From positions 10,733 through 74,732 of the forward strand of contig CAMYKY010000004.1 of the NCBI GenBank assembly GCA_947259165.1: a DNA stretch of 64,000 nt. The letters run 5' to 3'. Shown here piece by piece: positions 39,574 to 50,843 of this stretch. This DNA comes from an uncultured Acidobacteriota bacterium. GTDB lineage: Bacteria; Acidobacteriota; Vicinamibacteria; Marinacidobacterales; SMYC01. Both the position numbers and the translations under genes were made by a program. The number at the start of each line of letters is the position of its first letter. Positions within the stretch are counted from its first letter, which is position 1. Under the pieces are notes generated by a model that ran no database searches, was not told the DNA's origin, and saw only the letters and a list, made by a program, of their open reading frames with translations.

Positions 39574-40755
39574 CTAGTCCAACAAATCCGCCACCGACTC
39601 CGCGATCGCCAGCGCGCTCGTCGCCGCCGGCGACGGCGCGCTCAAAACATGGACGACGTCACCGTGCCTCTCGATAAGAAAATCGTCAACCAAAGTACCG
39701 TCGCGCCGAAGCGCCATCGCGCGAACGCCGGCCTCCGCCGGCTCCAGGTCCGCTTCCGTCACTTCCGGAACCAACCGTTGCAAGCCACGTACGAAAGCTC
39801 GCTTCGAGAACGAGCGCCGGTACTCGTCCACCGCCATCGCCCAGTGCTTCGCTCCCATTCGCCAAAACCCCGAGAAGCGAAGCATCTCGGAGACATCCCG
39901 CCAGTCGACGTCGGACCGGCGATACCCTTCCCGCGCAAACGCAAGTACTGCATTCGGTCCAGCTTCGATCTCGCCGTTCATGCGTCGAGTAAAGTGAACG
40001 CCAAGAAACGGAAAGCGCGGATCCGGCACCGGGTAGATCATGTGCCGCACGAGCCTTCGACTCTCCGGCTTCAATCGATAGTACTCGCCTCGGAAACCGA
40101 GCACCAGAACCGATGGGTGCACACCCGACATCTTGGCGACACGATCCGCCTGCAGCCCAGCGCAGCAAATAACTCGCTTGGCGTGGAAATCGCCCATGCT
40201 CGTCGTGAGCGTTGACCCTTCGAGCGATCGGACATCCGCCCCAGTCTCGATGCGTCCCCCCGCGCGCTGAAAAACCTCCGCGAGCTTCTCAGCAACGGCA
40301 CGAAACGAGACGATGCCCGTGTCGGATGAGACGAGAGCTTCCACGCCGTCGGCGTGAGGCTCGATGTCTTTGAGCTCGTCCCGCGAGACGAGGCGCAGCC
40401 CACCCACACCGTTGTCACGACCTCTTGCCAACAAACCCTGCAAGCGCGGACGCTCCTCCTCCGACGTTGCAACGACGACTTTCCCGCACAGCTCGAAATC
40501 CACTTCGTTCTCTCGACAAAACTCGATGAGCTTCGCCACACCTCGCCGGCAATTGCGCGCCCTGAGCGAGCCAGGCCGATAGTAGAGGCCCGAATGGATG
40601 ACGCCGCTGTTGTGCCCGGTCTGATGCGCGGCTAGCGCGAGCTCCTTCTCTAGCACTAGCACCGTCTGCCGCGGATTCCGGCACAGGATCTCTCGCGCCG
40701 TCGCGAGCCCAACGATACCTCCGCCTACAATCGCAACGTCCACCATGACGATCAC
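39574..40755 (-). CDS. lhgO: L-2-hydroxyglutarate oxidase
   Basis: GGGIVG, HQTGHNSGVIHSG, IYPVPDP.FPFLGVHFT, APSPAATS. Confidence 0.92.
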   Translation of the reverse strand: MIVMVDVAIVGGGIVGLATAREILCRNPRQTVLVLEKELALAAHQTGHNSGVIHSGLYYRPGSLRARNCRRGVAKLIEFCRENEVDFELCGKVVVATSEEERPRLQGLLARGRDNGVGGLRLVSRDELKDIEPHADGVEALVSSDTGIVSFRAVAEKLAEVFQRAGGRIETGADVRSLEGSTLTTSMGDFHAKRVICCAGLQADRVAKMSGVHPSVLVLGFRGEYYRLKPESRRLVRHMIYPVPDPRFPFLGVHFTRRMNGEIEAGPNAVLAFAREGYRRSDVDWRDVSEMLRFSGFWRMGAKHWAMAVDEYRRSFSKRAFVRGLQRLVPEVTEADLEPAEAGVRAMALRRDGTLVDDFLIERHGDVVHVLSAPSPAATSALAIAESVADLLD

Positions 40756-40815
40756 TTATGGATCGTAGCGCATCACGAGATCAATTCAATTACACTGGGA
40801 GCAACGGCTCGATCC

Positions 40816-41910
40816 ATGACGCCACTCATCTCCACGGGAAGAACGTTGAGAAGACTGATTCTCGCACTGTTGCCGGTCACGGTCGCAACGTTCGCGATCG
40901 CGCTCCACTTCCCCAACGTGACCGAATCGCTCTACTCACAGTCGATCTACCCGTGGGTCGCGCGGGGGTTCGCTCTCGTCAATCGTGCCCGGTTCTCGCT
41001 CGCGGAGACGATTGCGCTCGTCGGTCTCGTCGCCGGCCTCGCGGGGTTGGTTCGGATTGTCCGTCAGCGCGATCGGCGCTTTACTCGAACGTTGCTCTGG
41101 GTCGCCGGCATCGCCGCGGTCGCCGTCACCGTCTTCTTCGTGCTTTGGGGTTTCAACTACGCGCGGCCATCGTTGGCGACGCGCTCTGCGCTATCGGCGG
41201 ATGGCGTGAAGGCGGAAGCCGTTCTTGCCGCTGGAATCGAGGCCGCGGAGCTCGCTTCATCGCTATTCGACACGCTCGAGACGCAAACGATGCCGAGTGT
41301 CCTGCCGTTCGGATTCGACGCATTGAATCACGAGCTCGACGAGGCGTTCGGGCGACTGAAGCTTCCCGGCGACCCTATCGACTTCGAACCGACACCGGCC
41401 AAGCCGCTGTCGAGCTCGTGGATGCTGTCGTATCTCGGCATCAGCGGCATCTTCATCCCCTTCACGGGCGAGCCGTCCGTCAACGTTCTCCAACCCGATG
41501 CCGCGCTTCCGATCGTCGTCGCCCACGAAAAAGCTCACCAACGAGGTGTCACCCACGAAGGCGAGGCGAACTTCGCCGCGTTCCTCGCGTGCGCGAACGA
41601 GTCGAGCCCGCCGTATTTCCGCTACGCCGCCTACCTGTTCGCGACGCGATACCTGCTCGGAGAGGCGTCGAGGTACCTGCCGCGAAACAGCATCGAGAGC
41701 GCGTGGTCGCACCTCGATGAAGGACCGACCGCCGACGTCAGAGCAATCCACGAGTTTTGGCGCCGTTTCGAAGGCCCCGCAAGCCGAGTCGCTAGCCGCG
41801 CCAACGACCAATACCTACGCACGATGCAAGTCCCCGGCGGGATCCAAAGCTACGGCACCGTCGTGCAACTATTGATGGCGTTGGACGAGAAGGGCGAGCT
41901 GTTTCCGTAG
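40816..41910 (+). CDS. DUF3810-family membrane protein (HExxH metallopeptidase-like)
   Basis: WGFNYAR, GIFIPFTGE..VN, AHEKAHQRG..HEGEANF. Confidence 0.85.
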   Translation: MTPLISTGRTLRRLILALLPVTVATFAIALHFPNVTESLYSQSIYPWVARGFALVNRARFSLAETIALVGLVAGLAGLVRIVRQRDRRFTRTLLWVAGIAAVAVTVFFVLWGFNYARPSLATRSALSADGVKAEAVLAAGIEAAELASSLFDTLETQTMPSVLPFGFDALNHELDEAFGRLKLPGDPIDFEPTPAKPLSSSWMLSYLGISGIFIPFTGEPSVNVLQPDAALPIVVAHEKAHQRGVTHEGEANFAAFLACANESSPPYFRYAAYLFATRYLLGEASRYLPRNSIESAWSHLDEGPTADVRAIHEFWRRFEGPASRVASRANDQYLRTMQVPGGIQSYGTVVQLLMALDEKGELFP

Positions 41911-41925
41911 CGGCTCTCCTCTTGC

Positions 41926-42087
41926 CGGCATACGGTATTCGGCATACGGCATACGGTCGCCGCTTACGTGCCAGGGTTTGAGGCGCAGCTCGAGAACAGG
42001 TCTCGTGACCAAGTTGACGTTAGCCATGGGGCGTCAGCTAGTCGTGGTTAGACAGCAACCAAGCGGCAACCCGTATGCCGTATGCCG
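41926..42087. repeat. MITE-like element with (CGGCATA)n inverted termini, copy 1
   Basis: cggcatacggtattcggcatacggcatacggtcgccgcttacg ... ccgtatgccgtatgccg. Confidence 0.8.
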
Positions 42088-42097
42088 TTAACCGCTC

Positions 42098-43561
42098 TTA
42101 CATCGACTCAGCAAGCGCCACAAATGTTTTCACGCCGAAGCCGGTGGCGCCCTCCGGAAAGTACTTCCACTTCTTTTCCAGGATGAAAGGGCCGGCAATA
42201 TCGAGGTGGGCCCACTTCGCACCCTCAGGGACGAACTCCTGGAGGAACAATCCGGCGGTGATCGCGCCGGCGAGCTTGCCGCCGATGTTGTTGAGATCGG
42301 CGTAGGGATTCTTGAGCATCTCGCGGTATTCCTCGATCAACGGGAGCTCCCAGTAGGCTTCGCCTTGGCTCGCACCAGAATCGATCACCGATCGGATGAG
42401 CGCGGGGTCGTTTCCCATGATGCCCGCGACCGAAGTCCCCAACGTTCGAACGATCGCGCCCGTCAAGGTCGCCGCGTCGACGATGTGCGTCGCCTTTTCT
42501 TCACCGGCTCGCGCCAGCGCATCGGTGAGAACGAGGCGCCCTTCGGCGTCGGTGTTGTCGACCATGATGGACTTGCCGTTTTTCGCGACGATAATATCGC
42601 CGGGTCTCTGCGCGTCCGGTCCCGGAAAGTTCTCGGCCGCCGCCACGATCCCAGTGACGGCGGTCTTCGGCTCGAGCTTCGCGATCGCTGCCATGGCAGC
42701 GATCACCGCGGCACCGCCTGCCATGTCCCCCTTCATCGACCACATCCCCTCGGAAGGTTTAATGGAGATGCCGCCGGTGTCGAAGGTGATGCCCTTGCCG
42801 ACGAGGGCAAGGTGACGCTTTGATTTCTTCGCAGGCCGATAGCGTAAGACGATCAGGCACGGCGGGTAGATACTTCCCTTCCCGACCGCGACGAGCCCGC
42901 TGTAGCCCTGGCGGGCGAGCGCTGCCGCACCCGAGACAATCGTTAGCCCGAGCTTTCCCGAGCTAGCGATTTTCTTCGCGACCGCCGCGAGCGTCTTGGG
43001 ATAGATCTTGTCGCCGGGCTCGTTCACGAGATCGCGAGCACGATTCACCTCCTCACTCACGATACGGGAGCGCATGAGCTCACCCTCGGCTTTCCGACGA
43101 GAGGAAGACGGACACACCAGACTGACCGAAACGCTTCTTTTGGTCTTGTCCTTCAGGTACTTGTCGAAACGGTAGTCGCCGAGCACATAGCCTTCGGTGA
43201 CCGCACCGACGTAGTCGACCCCGAGACGCCCGTTGAGGAGAAACGCTAGCCGTGAAAAACCGAAGTCCGCAGCGTGGCCGAGAGAACGTGCCGCGAAAAT
43301 CTTCACGCTTTCTCGCAGCTCGTACACCTTTTCGAGAGACGATGAGAACACGAGCAGCGCTTTAACCGGCACGCCATCTCCAAAATGCAGGAGCAGCTCA
43401 CGTTGATACTTCCCCCGCTTGAACGCCTTGGCGGCACCGGCGAGCGCCTTTCCGAGAACGGAATCGTCGATATCCAGGAGCTCGCCATCGGGATCGATGA
43501 CGGCTACCGCCAGGTCAGCTTTTAGCTTCGCGAGAGGTTGGGGCGACAGTGAGATCTTCAT
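42098..43561 (-). CDS. pepA: Leucyl aminopeptidase (M17)
   Basis: VGKGITFDTGG, MKGDM, NTDAEGRL, WAHLDIAG. Confidence 0.95.
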   Translation of the reverse strand: MKISLSPQPLAKLKADLAVAVIDPDGELLDIDDSVLGKALAGAAKAFKRGKYQRELLLHFGDGVPVKALLVFSSSLEKVYELRESVKIFAARSLGHAADFGFSRLAFLLNGRLGVDYVGAVTEGYVLGDYRFDKYLKDKTKRSVSVSLVCPSSSRRKAEGELMRSRIVSEEVNRARDLVNEPGDKIYPKTLAAVAKKIASSGKLGLTIVSGAAALARQGYSGLVAVGKGSIYPPCLIVLRYRPAKKSKRHLALVGKGITFDTGGISIKPSEGMWSMKGDMAGGAAVIAAMAAIAKLEPKTAVTGIVAAAENFPGPDAQRPGDIIVAKNGKSIMVDNTDAEGRLVLTDALARAGEEKATHIVDAATLTGAIVRTLGTSVAGIMGNDPALIRSVIDSGASQGEAYWELPLIEEYREMLKNPYADLNNIGGKLAGAITAGLFLQEFVPEGAKWAHLDIAGPFILEKKWKYFPEGATGFGVKTFVALAESM

Positions 43562-43565
43562 GGGT

Positions 43566-45518
43566 CTATTCGGCCTCGTCGGCGTACTTCTCCTTCAGGC
43601 TGTCGATAACGCCCGGATCCGCGAGGGTCGTGGTATCGCCGAGCGTTTTTCCCTCCGCGATATCCCGAAGCAGGCGTCGCATAATCTTGCCCGATCGAGT
43701 CTTGGGCAAATCCGCGGTGAGAATGATGTCGTCGGGTCGTGCAATCGCCCCGATACGCTTCACGACATGTTGTTTCAAGTCATCGATGAGGGACGGTTTT
43801 GCTTCCGCGCCTTCTTTCAGAGTGACGAAGGCGGCGATGGCCTGTCCTTTGATGTCATGCCCACGGCCAACCACCGCCGCTTCGGCAACACCCGGGTATT
43901 CAACCAGCGCGCTTTCGACTTCCATAGTCCCAATCCGGTGACCGGAGACGTTCAAAACGTCATCGACGCGGCCCAGGATCCAGAAATAGCCATCCGGATC
44001 ACGCTTGGCACCATCGCCAGGGAAGTAGACGTCGTTCGACCACTTGCTCCAATAGGTGCTCACGTAGCGTTCCGGGTCGCCGTAGATACCGCGCAGCATC
44101 GACGGCCACGGACGTTTGATAGCGAGAAACCCGCCGCCCACTTCCACGCTGTCGCCGGCCCCGGTCAGGATGTCCATTTGGATACCCGGAAACGCCTTGG
44201 TCGCCGAGCCGGGTTTGAGCGTCGTCACGCCGGGCAGAGGCGTGCACATGATGGCGCCCGTCTCCGTTTGCCACCAGGTGTCCACGACCGGACAGCGCTT
44301 GCCTCCGATGAACTCGTGGTACCACATCCAAGCTTCGGGATTGATTGGCTCACCCACGGTACCCAGTAGCCTCAGCGACGACAGGTCGTGCTTGCCAGGC
44401 CACTGCGTTCCCCACTTCATGAACGCGCGGATGGCGGTGGGTGCCGTGTAGAAGCAAGTGACGCCGTAGTTGGCGATGATCGCCCAGAATCGATCCTTCT
44501 CCGGCCAGTCCGGTGAACCTTCGTACATCACTTCGGTAACGCCGAGCGCGAGGGGGCCGTAGACAATGTAGCTGTGGCCAGTCACCCACCCAATATCGGC
44601 AGCGGCCCACCACACGTCATCATCCTTCAGATCGAAAACGTACTTCGTCGTTGCCGCAACCTGGGTCAGATAACCGCCAGTGGTATGAACAATCCCCTTC
44701 GGCTTGCCGGTGGTGCCGGACGTGTAAAGGATGTAGAGCATGTCCTCGGCGTCCATCGGCTCGGGCTCGCAATAAGCATCGACATCCTCGACGAGATCAT
44801 GCCACCAGTGGTCGCGGCCTTCCTCGAAGTGAATCTTGAAGTCGTCGCGTTTGACCACCACGACGTTCTCGATGCTAGGCGCACCCTCGGCCGCGTCGTC
44901 GACGACCTTCTTCAGTGGGACGACATTCCCCCGTCGATAGCCACCATTGGCGGTGATGACGAGCTTGGCTTCGGCATCGATGATGCGGTCTCGGAGCGAA
45001 TCCGCACTGAATCCACCGAAAACGACACTGTGCACTGCTCCAATACGAGTGCAGGCCAGCATCGAAATGGGAAGCTCGGGGATCATCGGAAGGTAGATCG
45101 CCACGCGATCGCCCTTCTTCACGCCCAGTTTCTTCAGAGCGTTCGCGAACCGGTTGACTTCCCGGTAGAGGTCCCAGTAGGTCAGCGTGCGCTTGTCGCC
45201 GGGCTCACCCTCCCAAATGAGAGCCGCCTTGTTGCGCCGCGCGGTATGGATGTGTCGATCGAGGCAGTTGACGCTAACGTTCAGCTTGCCCCCGACGAAC
45301 CACTTGGCATGGGGAGGATTCCAGGAAAGGACTTCGCTCCACGGCTCGATCCAATCGAGCTCTCCGGCCATTCGCGCCCAGAAGGCTTCGTAGTCCTTGT
45401 CTGCCTCTTCGTAGATCGACTCGTCTTTTGCATGGGCTTTCTGGCGAAAGTCGTCCGGTGGCGCGAACTCCCGCCCTTCCTCTAATAACGCATCGATTTC
45501 CGCATTGTCGTCGCTCAT
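43566..45518 (-). CDS. acs: Acetyl-CoA synthetase
   Basis: [31 protein letters not shown]; RBS AAGGAGG. Confidence 0.97.
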   Translation of the reverse strand: MSDDNAEIDALLEEGREFAPPDDFRQKAHAKDESIYEEADKDYEAFWARMAGELDWIEPWSEVLSWNPPHAKWFVGGKLNVSVNCLDRHIHTARRNKAALIWEGEPGDKRTLTYWDLYREVNRFANALKKLGVKKGDRVAIYLPMIPELPISMLACTRIGAVHSVVFGGFSADSLRDRIIDAEAKLVITANGGYRRGNVVPLKKVVDDAAEGAPSIENVVVVKRDDFKIHFEEGRDHWWHDLVEDVDAYCEPEPMDAEDMLYILYTSGTTGKPKGIVHTTGGYLTQVAATTKYVFDLKDDDVWWAAADIGWVTGHSYIVYGPLALGVTEVMYEGSPDWPEKDRFWAIIANYGVTCFYTAPTAIRAFMKWGTQWPGKHDLSSLRLLGTVGEPINPEAWMWYHEFIGGKRCPVVDTWWQTETGAIMCTPLPGVTTLKPGSATKAFPGIQMDILTGAGDSVEVGGGFLAIKRPWPSMLRGIYGDPERYVSTYWSKWSNDVYFPGDGAKRDPDGYFWILGRVDDVLNVSGHRIGTMEVESALVEYPGVAEAAVVGRGHDIKGQAIAAFVTLKEGAEAKPSLIDDLKQHVVKRIGAIARPDDIILTADLPKTRSGKIMRRLLRDIAEGKTLGDTTTLADPGVIDSLKEKYADEAE

Positions 45519-45585
45519 CGTAATCCTCCTTTAACAGCCAGAGCAGAGATTCTATGACAAACGGTCAGGATCCGCGTAACACGTT

Positions 45586-45744
45586 CGGCATACGGTATAC
45601 GGCATACGGGTGCTGCTCTGGCGCCGGCATGCACAGTTAGCCGAACCCCGACGGTTGGCGGTAAGTCTGCTTCGAGTCTCGTTCTCGAACAAAACCGGCA
45701 ACCGGCACCGTAAGCGGCGACCGTATGCCGTATGCCGTATGCCG
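45586..45744. repeat. MITE-like element with (CGGCATA)n inverted termini, copy 2 (opposite orientation)
   Basis: The reverse complement shares cggcatacggcatacggtcgccgcttacg with copy 1. Confidence 0.8.
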
Positions 45745-45747
45745 CTT

Positions 45748-47250
45748 TCACGCAAGGCGGCGGAAAAACAAGATCACCATCACCGTGTAGAGCTCGAGGC
45801 GACCCACAATCATCAACAACGCAAGGACCACCTTCGCCGCCCCGGGCACTCCCGCGTAGTTCATGGTCGGGCCGACCCCCGCGAAGCCGGGACCGATGTT
45901 GCCGAGGCACGCCGCCGAGGCCGAAAACGCCGTGACTGGATCGACGCCAAAGATGGTGAGCACGAGTCCGCCGAGCACGAACAGTAGCAAGAACAACACG
46001 AAGAACGTCGTTACCGACGATACGACATCATCGGGAATCCCTCGACCTCCCAGCCTCACCGGCAACACCGCATGCGGTTGGAGCATTCGCTTCAAGTCGA
46101 CTCCGATCTTCTTGAACACGATATACAAGCGAACGATCTTCACCGAGCCACCCGTCGAGCCGGCGCACCCGCCAGTGAACATGAGCATGAAGAGGAGCAC
46201 TCGCGACACCTGCGGCCAGGCGTCGTAGTCGGCGGTCGCGAATCCCGTCGTGGTCACGATGCTCACCACCTGGAACGCGGAAAGCCTCAGCGCCTCGAAT
46301 AACGAGCTCGTCGTGCGATCCAACATCAGATCCAGGAACACGACCGAGGTGCCGATGCATAGGATCCCCAGGTAGAGACGCAGCTCCGAATCGCTCTTCA
46401 AGTTAGAAAACTTCCCGCGGAGCCACTGATAGTGGAGAGCGAAGCTCATCCCCGCGAGGACCATAAACAGCGTGACGGTCCATTCGACCGGTGCGCTGTC
46501 GAACGCGCTGATGCTTGCATTCCTCGTCGAGAAACCGCCGGTCGCCATCGAAGCGAAAGCGTGCGCGACCGCGTCGAGCGGGCCTAACCCGAGCGCGAGC
46601 AAGATCCCGATCTCGGCGAGGGTCAACACGAGGTAGATGCCCCACAGCGCCTTCGCGGTTTGCGCAATGCGCGGGGTGAGCTTCTCCTGGATGGGTCCGG
46701 GCGCCTCGGCCCCGAGAAGCTCCATGCCGCCCACCGCGAGTTTCGGGAGGACGGCGATACCGAGAACGATGATGCCCATTCCCCCGATCCACTGTGTCAG
46801 CGCCCGCCACAACAAGATCGAGCTCGGCAGAGTCTCGACATCGGTGAAGATCGAGGCACCCGTCGTCGTGAAACCGGAGGCCGATTCGAAGAGCGCGTTC
46901 ACCGTGAATGCGACGCCGTTCTCCAACATGTACGGCAGGGCGCCAACGCTCGTCGCAACGAGCCACGCCGAGCTAACGAGCAGAAACGCTTCGCGTCGGC
47001 CGAAGTCGAAATCATCACCTTGATGGAAATACCTCTCGAGAAACAGGCCGAGCGCACCCGCGATCCCCGCAGCAACATAGAAGGACCACCGCGCATCTTC
47101 CTGGAGATACTGCCCGACGAGCGCGGGAATCAGAAGCGAAAGCGCCAGCGACAGCAGCAAACGACCGAGAAGAAACAAGACGCTGCCGATGTTGACGTTG
47201 ATGCGAAACCGGCCTGAGAGGGACTTCGCATCGACTTTTCCCGCCATCAC
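45748..47250 (-). CDS. trkH: Trk potassium uptake membrane subunit
   Basis: FESASGFTTTG, QWIGGMG, GGCAGSTGG, GNIGPG, GRLE. Confidence 0.96.
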   Translation of the reverse strand: MMAGKVDAKSLSGRFRINVNIGSVLFLLGRLLLSLALSLLIPALVGQYLQEDARWSFYVAAGIAGALGLFLERYFHQGDDFDFGRREAFLLVSSAWLVATSVGALPYMLENGVAFTVNALFESASGFTTTGASIFTDVETLPSSILLWRALTQWIGGMGIIVLGIAVLPKLAVGGMELLGAEAPGPIQEKLTPRIAQTAKALWGIYLVLTLAEIGILLALGLGPLDAVAHAFASMATGGFSTRNASISAFDSAPVEWTVTLFMVLAGMSFALHYQWLRGKFSNLKSDSELRLYLGILCIGTSVVFLDLMLDRTTSSLFEALRLSAFQVVSIVTTTGFATADYDAWPQVSRVLLFMLMFTGGCAGSTGGSVKIVRLYIVFKKIGVDLKRMLQPHAVLPVRLGGRGIPDDVVSSVTTFFVLFLLLFVLGGLVLTIFGVDPVTAFSASAACLGNIGPGFAGVGPTMNYAGVPGAAKVVLALLMIVGRLELYTVMVILFFRRLA

Positions 47251-48578
47251 CGTGCGCGGAACAACTTCTCGAGCGCGGGAAGTGCTTCCGTCAAGCTGAA
47301 CACGAGCGCGCGATCCCCGACTTGGAACATGAAGTCACCATCGGGAACGTAGCGCTCTTCGCCGCGAATGACGGCCCCCACGATGCTGTCTTTGGGGAGC
47401 TTTGTTTTTCTCAACGGCGCTTTCAGGACGCGGGAGCTATCGGGCACCTGAAACTCCACAACCTCGGCCTCACCGCTCGCCACCAGGTCGAGACTCAGAA
47501 TCTCGCGACGGTGAACCATACGGAGGATCGTACCGGCGGTAATGAGACGAGGTGAGAGCCCGATATCAACGCGGGCTGCGCGCAGCACGTTCCAAAACTC
47601 CGGACGTTGATACAAGCTGACGACGATACGGGCCCCGGCCTCGTGCGCCAGGTACGAGCTGATCACGTTACTTTCATCATCCTGCGTCGCGGCGACGAAG
47701 TAGTCGGCGTCGGCAGCGCCCGCTTCCTTCAAGATCCCGGTATCGGTTGCATCGCCGTGTAGGACGAGCGCCTCGGGCACCTCGGTCGCCAGCGCCAGAG
47801 CTTTTTTTGCTTGCCGCTGGATCACGGTCACCTGAACGTTGTCTTCGACGAGCCGTTTCGCGAGCCAACTGCCGACGTGACCCGCACCTGCAATCACGAC
47901 CTTGTGCACCGGTGGCGCTTCGACCCCCAAAGCCCGGAGAAACTCGCGCGCGGTTTCGGTACGACCCACCGCGTACACGCGTCGCCCAGGCTTGAGCTCG
48001 GTGTCACCGCGCGGAATCGTCAGCTTCCCGCCGCGCTCCACGCCGACGAGAATCCAACCGTCGGGGCCAGATAGCTCTCTGAGCGGACGGCCGTAAATAT
48101 CGGCGTCGCGAGAAGGACGCGTCCGCAGCAGAATCAATTTTCCGTCTTCAAAAAAATGCGCCTTGCTAACGCCGGGCACTCGGGTCAAGCCAAGGATCTC
48201 TTCGGCGACGAGCCTCTCTGGATGAAGTGGGATGATGTTGGGATCCGCCTGCAGTAGCGGATTCTCGCCGTATTGAGGGTTTCCGAGGCGGGCGACGCAT
48301 TTTTTCGCGCCGAGACCTCTCGCCGTCAGGACCGCCAGCAGATTGACGGCATCCCCGTCGGACACGCTGAAGAACAAGTCGGCGTTGTCGACACCGTGCT
48401 CCTTCAATAGCTGTGGCTGACACCCGTCGCCGTGAATGCCCAGGACATCGAGCTCCGCCTGAACCTTCTTCGCGCGAGCTGCATCCGCCTCGATGACCAC
48501 GAGGTCATGCCCTTCGCGAGAGAGAGAGCTCGCGATGTGAAAGCCCACTTCGCCCGCGCCGACGATGAAAATGCGCAT
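47247..48578 (-). CDS. trkA: Trk potassium uptake NAD-binding subunit
   Basis: Two RCK units (GAGEVG; GAGHVG). Confidence 0.95.
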   Translation of the reverse strand: MRIFIVGAGEVGFHIASSLSREGHDLVVIEADAARAKKVQAELDVLGIHGDGCQPQLLKEHGVDNADLFFSVSDGDAVNLLAVLTARGLGAKKCVARLGNPQYGENPLLQADPNIIPLHPERLVAEEILGLTRVPGVSKAHFFEDGKLILLRTRPSRDADIYGRPLRELSGPDGWILVGVERGGKLTIPRGDTELKPGRRVYAVGRTETAREFLRALGVEAPPVHKVVIAGAGHVGSWLAKRLVEDNVQVTVIQRQAKKALALATEVPEALVLHGDATDTGILKEAGAADADYFVAATQDDESNVISSYLAHEAGARIVVSLYQRPEFWNVLRAARVDIGLSPRLITAGTILRMVHRREILSLDLVASGEAEVVEFQVPDSSRVLKAPLRKTKLPKDSIVGAVIRGEERYVPDGDFMFQVGDRALVFSLTEALPALEKLFRAR

Positions 48579-48766
48579 GAGAGTCCGAAGTTCTAGCTCA
48601 ACGTCGAAGAGTAAGCAAGGGTTCCATATAGGAAACATCATTGTATTCACTAAAGGAAACACGCGCAGAGCCGCGTTGGGACCCCACTGGCAATCCCCGA
48701 CGCTAGGTGAGACGATAGAGATACACACGAAACCCAAATTTCAGGATCTTCCTCGCGGCAATCTCT

Positions 48767-50740
48767 ATGCCCAAAGCCGAGATTCCCAGCAAAGTCGGTA
48801 AATACGATGTTCGCGGCCTCGTGGGTCGCGGCGCGATGGGTGTTGTCTATAGCGCGGTCGATCCGGCGCTCGGCCGGTCTGTCGCCATCAAGACGATGTC
48901 GATCGCGGAGTCCCCGAACGAGGCCGAGCTGCGTCTGCGCTTCCTGAGGGAAGCTCAAGCAGCGGGTCAGCTCCAGCACCCCAACATCATCACCGTGCAC
49001 GAGCTCTTCGAAGAGGGTGACACCGCGTACCTGGTGATGGAGCTGCTCGAGGGCGCGGCGCTCTCGTCAATCCTGAAGCGGAAGAAAAGCCTCTCTCTCG
49101 GCCAGAAACTGTCGATTATCGATCAAATTGCAACAGGACTCTCCGAAGCCCACGCCCACAAAATCGTTCATCGCGACCTGAAACCCTCGAACGTTTTCGT
49201 CCTCAGAAGCGGCGTCGTCAAAGTGCTCGATTTCGGTGTGGCCAAGGTCGGCGAAGGAGAGCTCACCAAGGCGGGTACCGTGTTTGGTACCGTCGAGTAC
49301 ATGGCGCCGGAGCAGGTGCGCGGGCAAGTGGTCACGCCCCAGGCGGACATTTTCTCGCTCGGCGTCGTCGCGTACGAGGTTCTCGCTGGAAGGAATCCGT
49401 TTCGCGCCGACACGCTCGCGGCATCGGTTTTCAAAATCGTCTCCGACGATCCCGGCAAGCTCAGCGACGAGATGGAAGTACCAGCGGAGATCGAAGCCCT
49501 CGTCGACAAGGCCCTGGCCAAGCAGATGAGAGAGCGTTTTGTCTCGCTCGCCGAGTTCCGAACGGCGCTCGCGGCGGCGATGGCGAACGCCAACCTACCG
49601 CTGGCCGCGCCGGAGCTCAGCGAGGAGGACGTCGTCATCACAAAAGATCGCGGCGACTCGCTCGCGATGTCGGTCGAGCCCCGCGTATCTCAGTGGTCGA
49701 ACGTCGCGGCGCAGGCGGACCTTCTGGAGGAGGTTTACCGCCGGGGTGTCGAGTCCTTTAATGAAGGAAACTTCGAGGACTGCGTCTTGAAGATGAGCCA
49801 GGTGCTCGATGAGGTTCCCGTGCACGCGATGTCGCTGCACTACCTGGCCACGAGCGAGGGGAAGCTCCGCCAAAAACGATTGAGTGAAGACGCAAGACGG
49901 CGCGCTTCGGCTTACTTGTCAGCGATGCGAGATGCGCACAGGCGCGGCGACTCGGTGTTGGTCACCGACCAAGCAAACGAGCTCCTCGCGGTCGATCCCG
50001 AATCACTCGAGGCGCGATGGTATCGTCGCAACGCCGAGGCGCGCCTGCGTGCATCCTCCGTCGGAGGCCGTACCCATTCAACATCTACGGCGACCACAGG
50101 CGATGGCGGGCGCACGGCGTCCAGGTCGCGGGACGGGTCATTGGCTCACCCGGGCGGCAGCTTTGGTTATGCGCCTTCGACCCGCGAGGGACAATTCGGC
50201 TCCGGCCGCACGTTCCCAGGCGCTGACGGCGCCCCAAGTGCCATGGCCTCCCGAGACACGCGCTCCGGAGGCGCCAAAGGGGTCTGGTTTCTCGGCGGCG
50301 TCGCGCTCTTGTTCGTCGCGCTCGTCGGCATGTGGCTCGGAAGCTTGGGCGAGCCGAAGCCCGCGGTGTCCGCGGATCCCATCCAGCTCCCGGGCGTCCG
50401 GAACTCTCCGTTCAACGATCTGGACGACGACGAGACCGTCGTCCTCCGTTTGCCGACACGAGAGCCGGCATTCACGCTCAGCTATGTCATCCCGACGTCG
50501 GTCGTCGCGGGAGAATCCACGACGATCGGTCTGTTCGGACGCGACTTCCCGAGCGACGTGGTTGTGTCCATCGCCGACGAGTCCGTCTCGATCGTCTCGA
50601 CCACGGTGCATAGCGGAGATCACATCGAGCTCCAGCTCCTCGCGGCCGAGCCGCGCGAGTCCATCGAGATCCTGGTCGCCGCTACCGGCGGCTACCGAGC
50701 GAGCGTCCCAATCGAAGTCGAGCTCGCGAGCGAACCCTGA
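48767..50740 (+). CDS. Hanks-type Ser/Thr kinase with TPR-like region, TM segment and external Ig/IPT-like domain
   Basis: GRGAMG, VAIK, HRDLKPSN, DFG, YMAPE; TM segment near the C-terminus. Confidence 0.93.
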   Translation: MPKAEIPSKVGKYDVRGLVGRGAMGVVYSAVDPALGRSVAIKTMSIAESPNEAELRLRFLREAQAAGQLQHPNIITVHELFEEGDTAYLVMELLEGAALSSILKRKKSLSLGQKLSIIDQIATGLSEAHAHKIVHRDLKPSNVFVLRSGVVKVLDFGVAKVGEGELTKAGTVFGTVEYMAPEQVRGQVVTPQADIFSLGVVAYEVLAGRNPFRADTLAASVFKIVSDDPGKLSDEMEVPAEIEALVDKALAKQMRERFVSLAEFRTALAAAMANANLPLAAPELSEEDVVITKDRGDSLAMSVEPRVSQWSNVAAQADLLEEVYRRGVESFNEGNFEDCVLKMSQVLDEVPVHAMSLHYLATSEGKLRQKRLSEDARRRASAYLSAMRDAHRRGDSVLVTDQANELLAVDPESLEARWYRRNAEARLRASSVGGRTHSTSTATTGDGGRTASRSRDGSLAHPGGSFGYAPSTREGQFGSGRTFPGADGAPSAMASRDTRSGGAKGVWFLGGVALLFVALVGMWLGSLGEPKPAVSADPIQLPGVRNSPFNDLDDDETVVLRLPTREPAFTLSYVIPTSVVAGESTTIGLFGRDFPSDVVVSIADESVSIVSTTVHSGDHIELQLLAAEPRESIEILVAATGGYRASVPIEVELASEP

Positions 50741-50843
50741 TGTACCAAATCGGCGCAGCCCTGGTGAGGGAGTTTCACCACGACGATATCGAAACCGGGA
50801 CCAACTATCTTGATTTCCCGCAGTTAAAGCGTGGCGTCACCCA

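Noticed and set aside
41926-42087. Heptamer and hexamer arrays as CRISPR
   Set aside because: Units are 6-7 bp with no unique spacers, and no cas genes are present.
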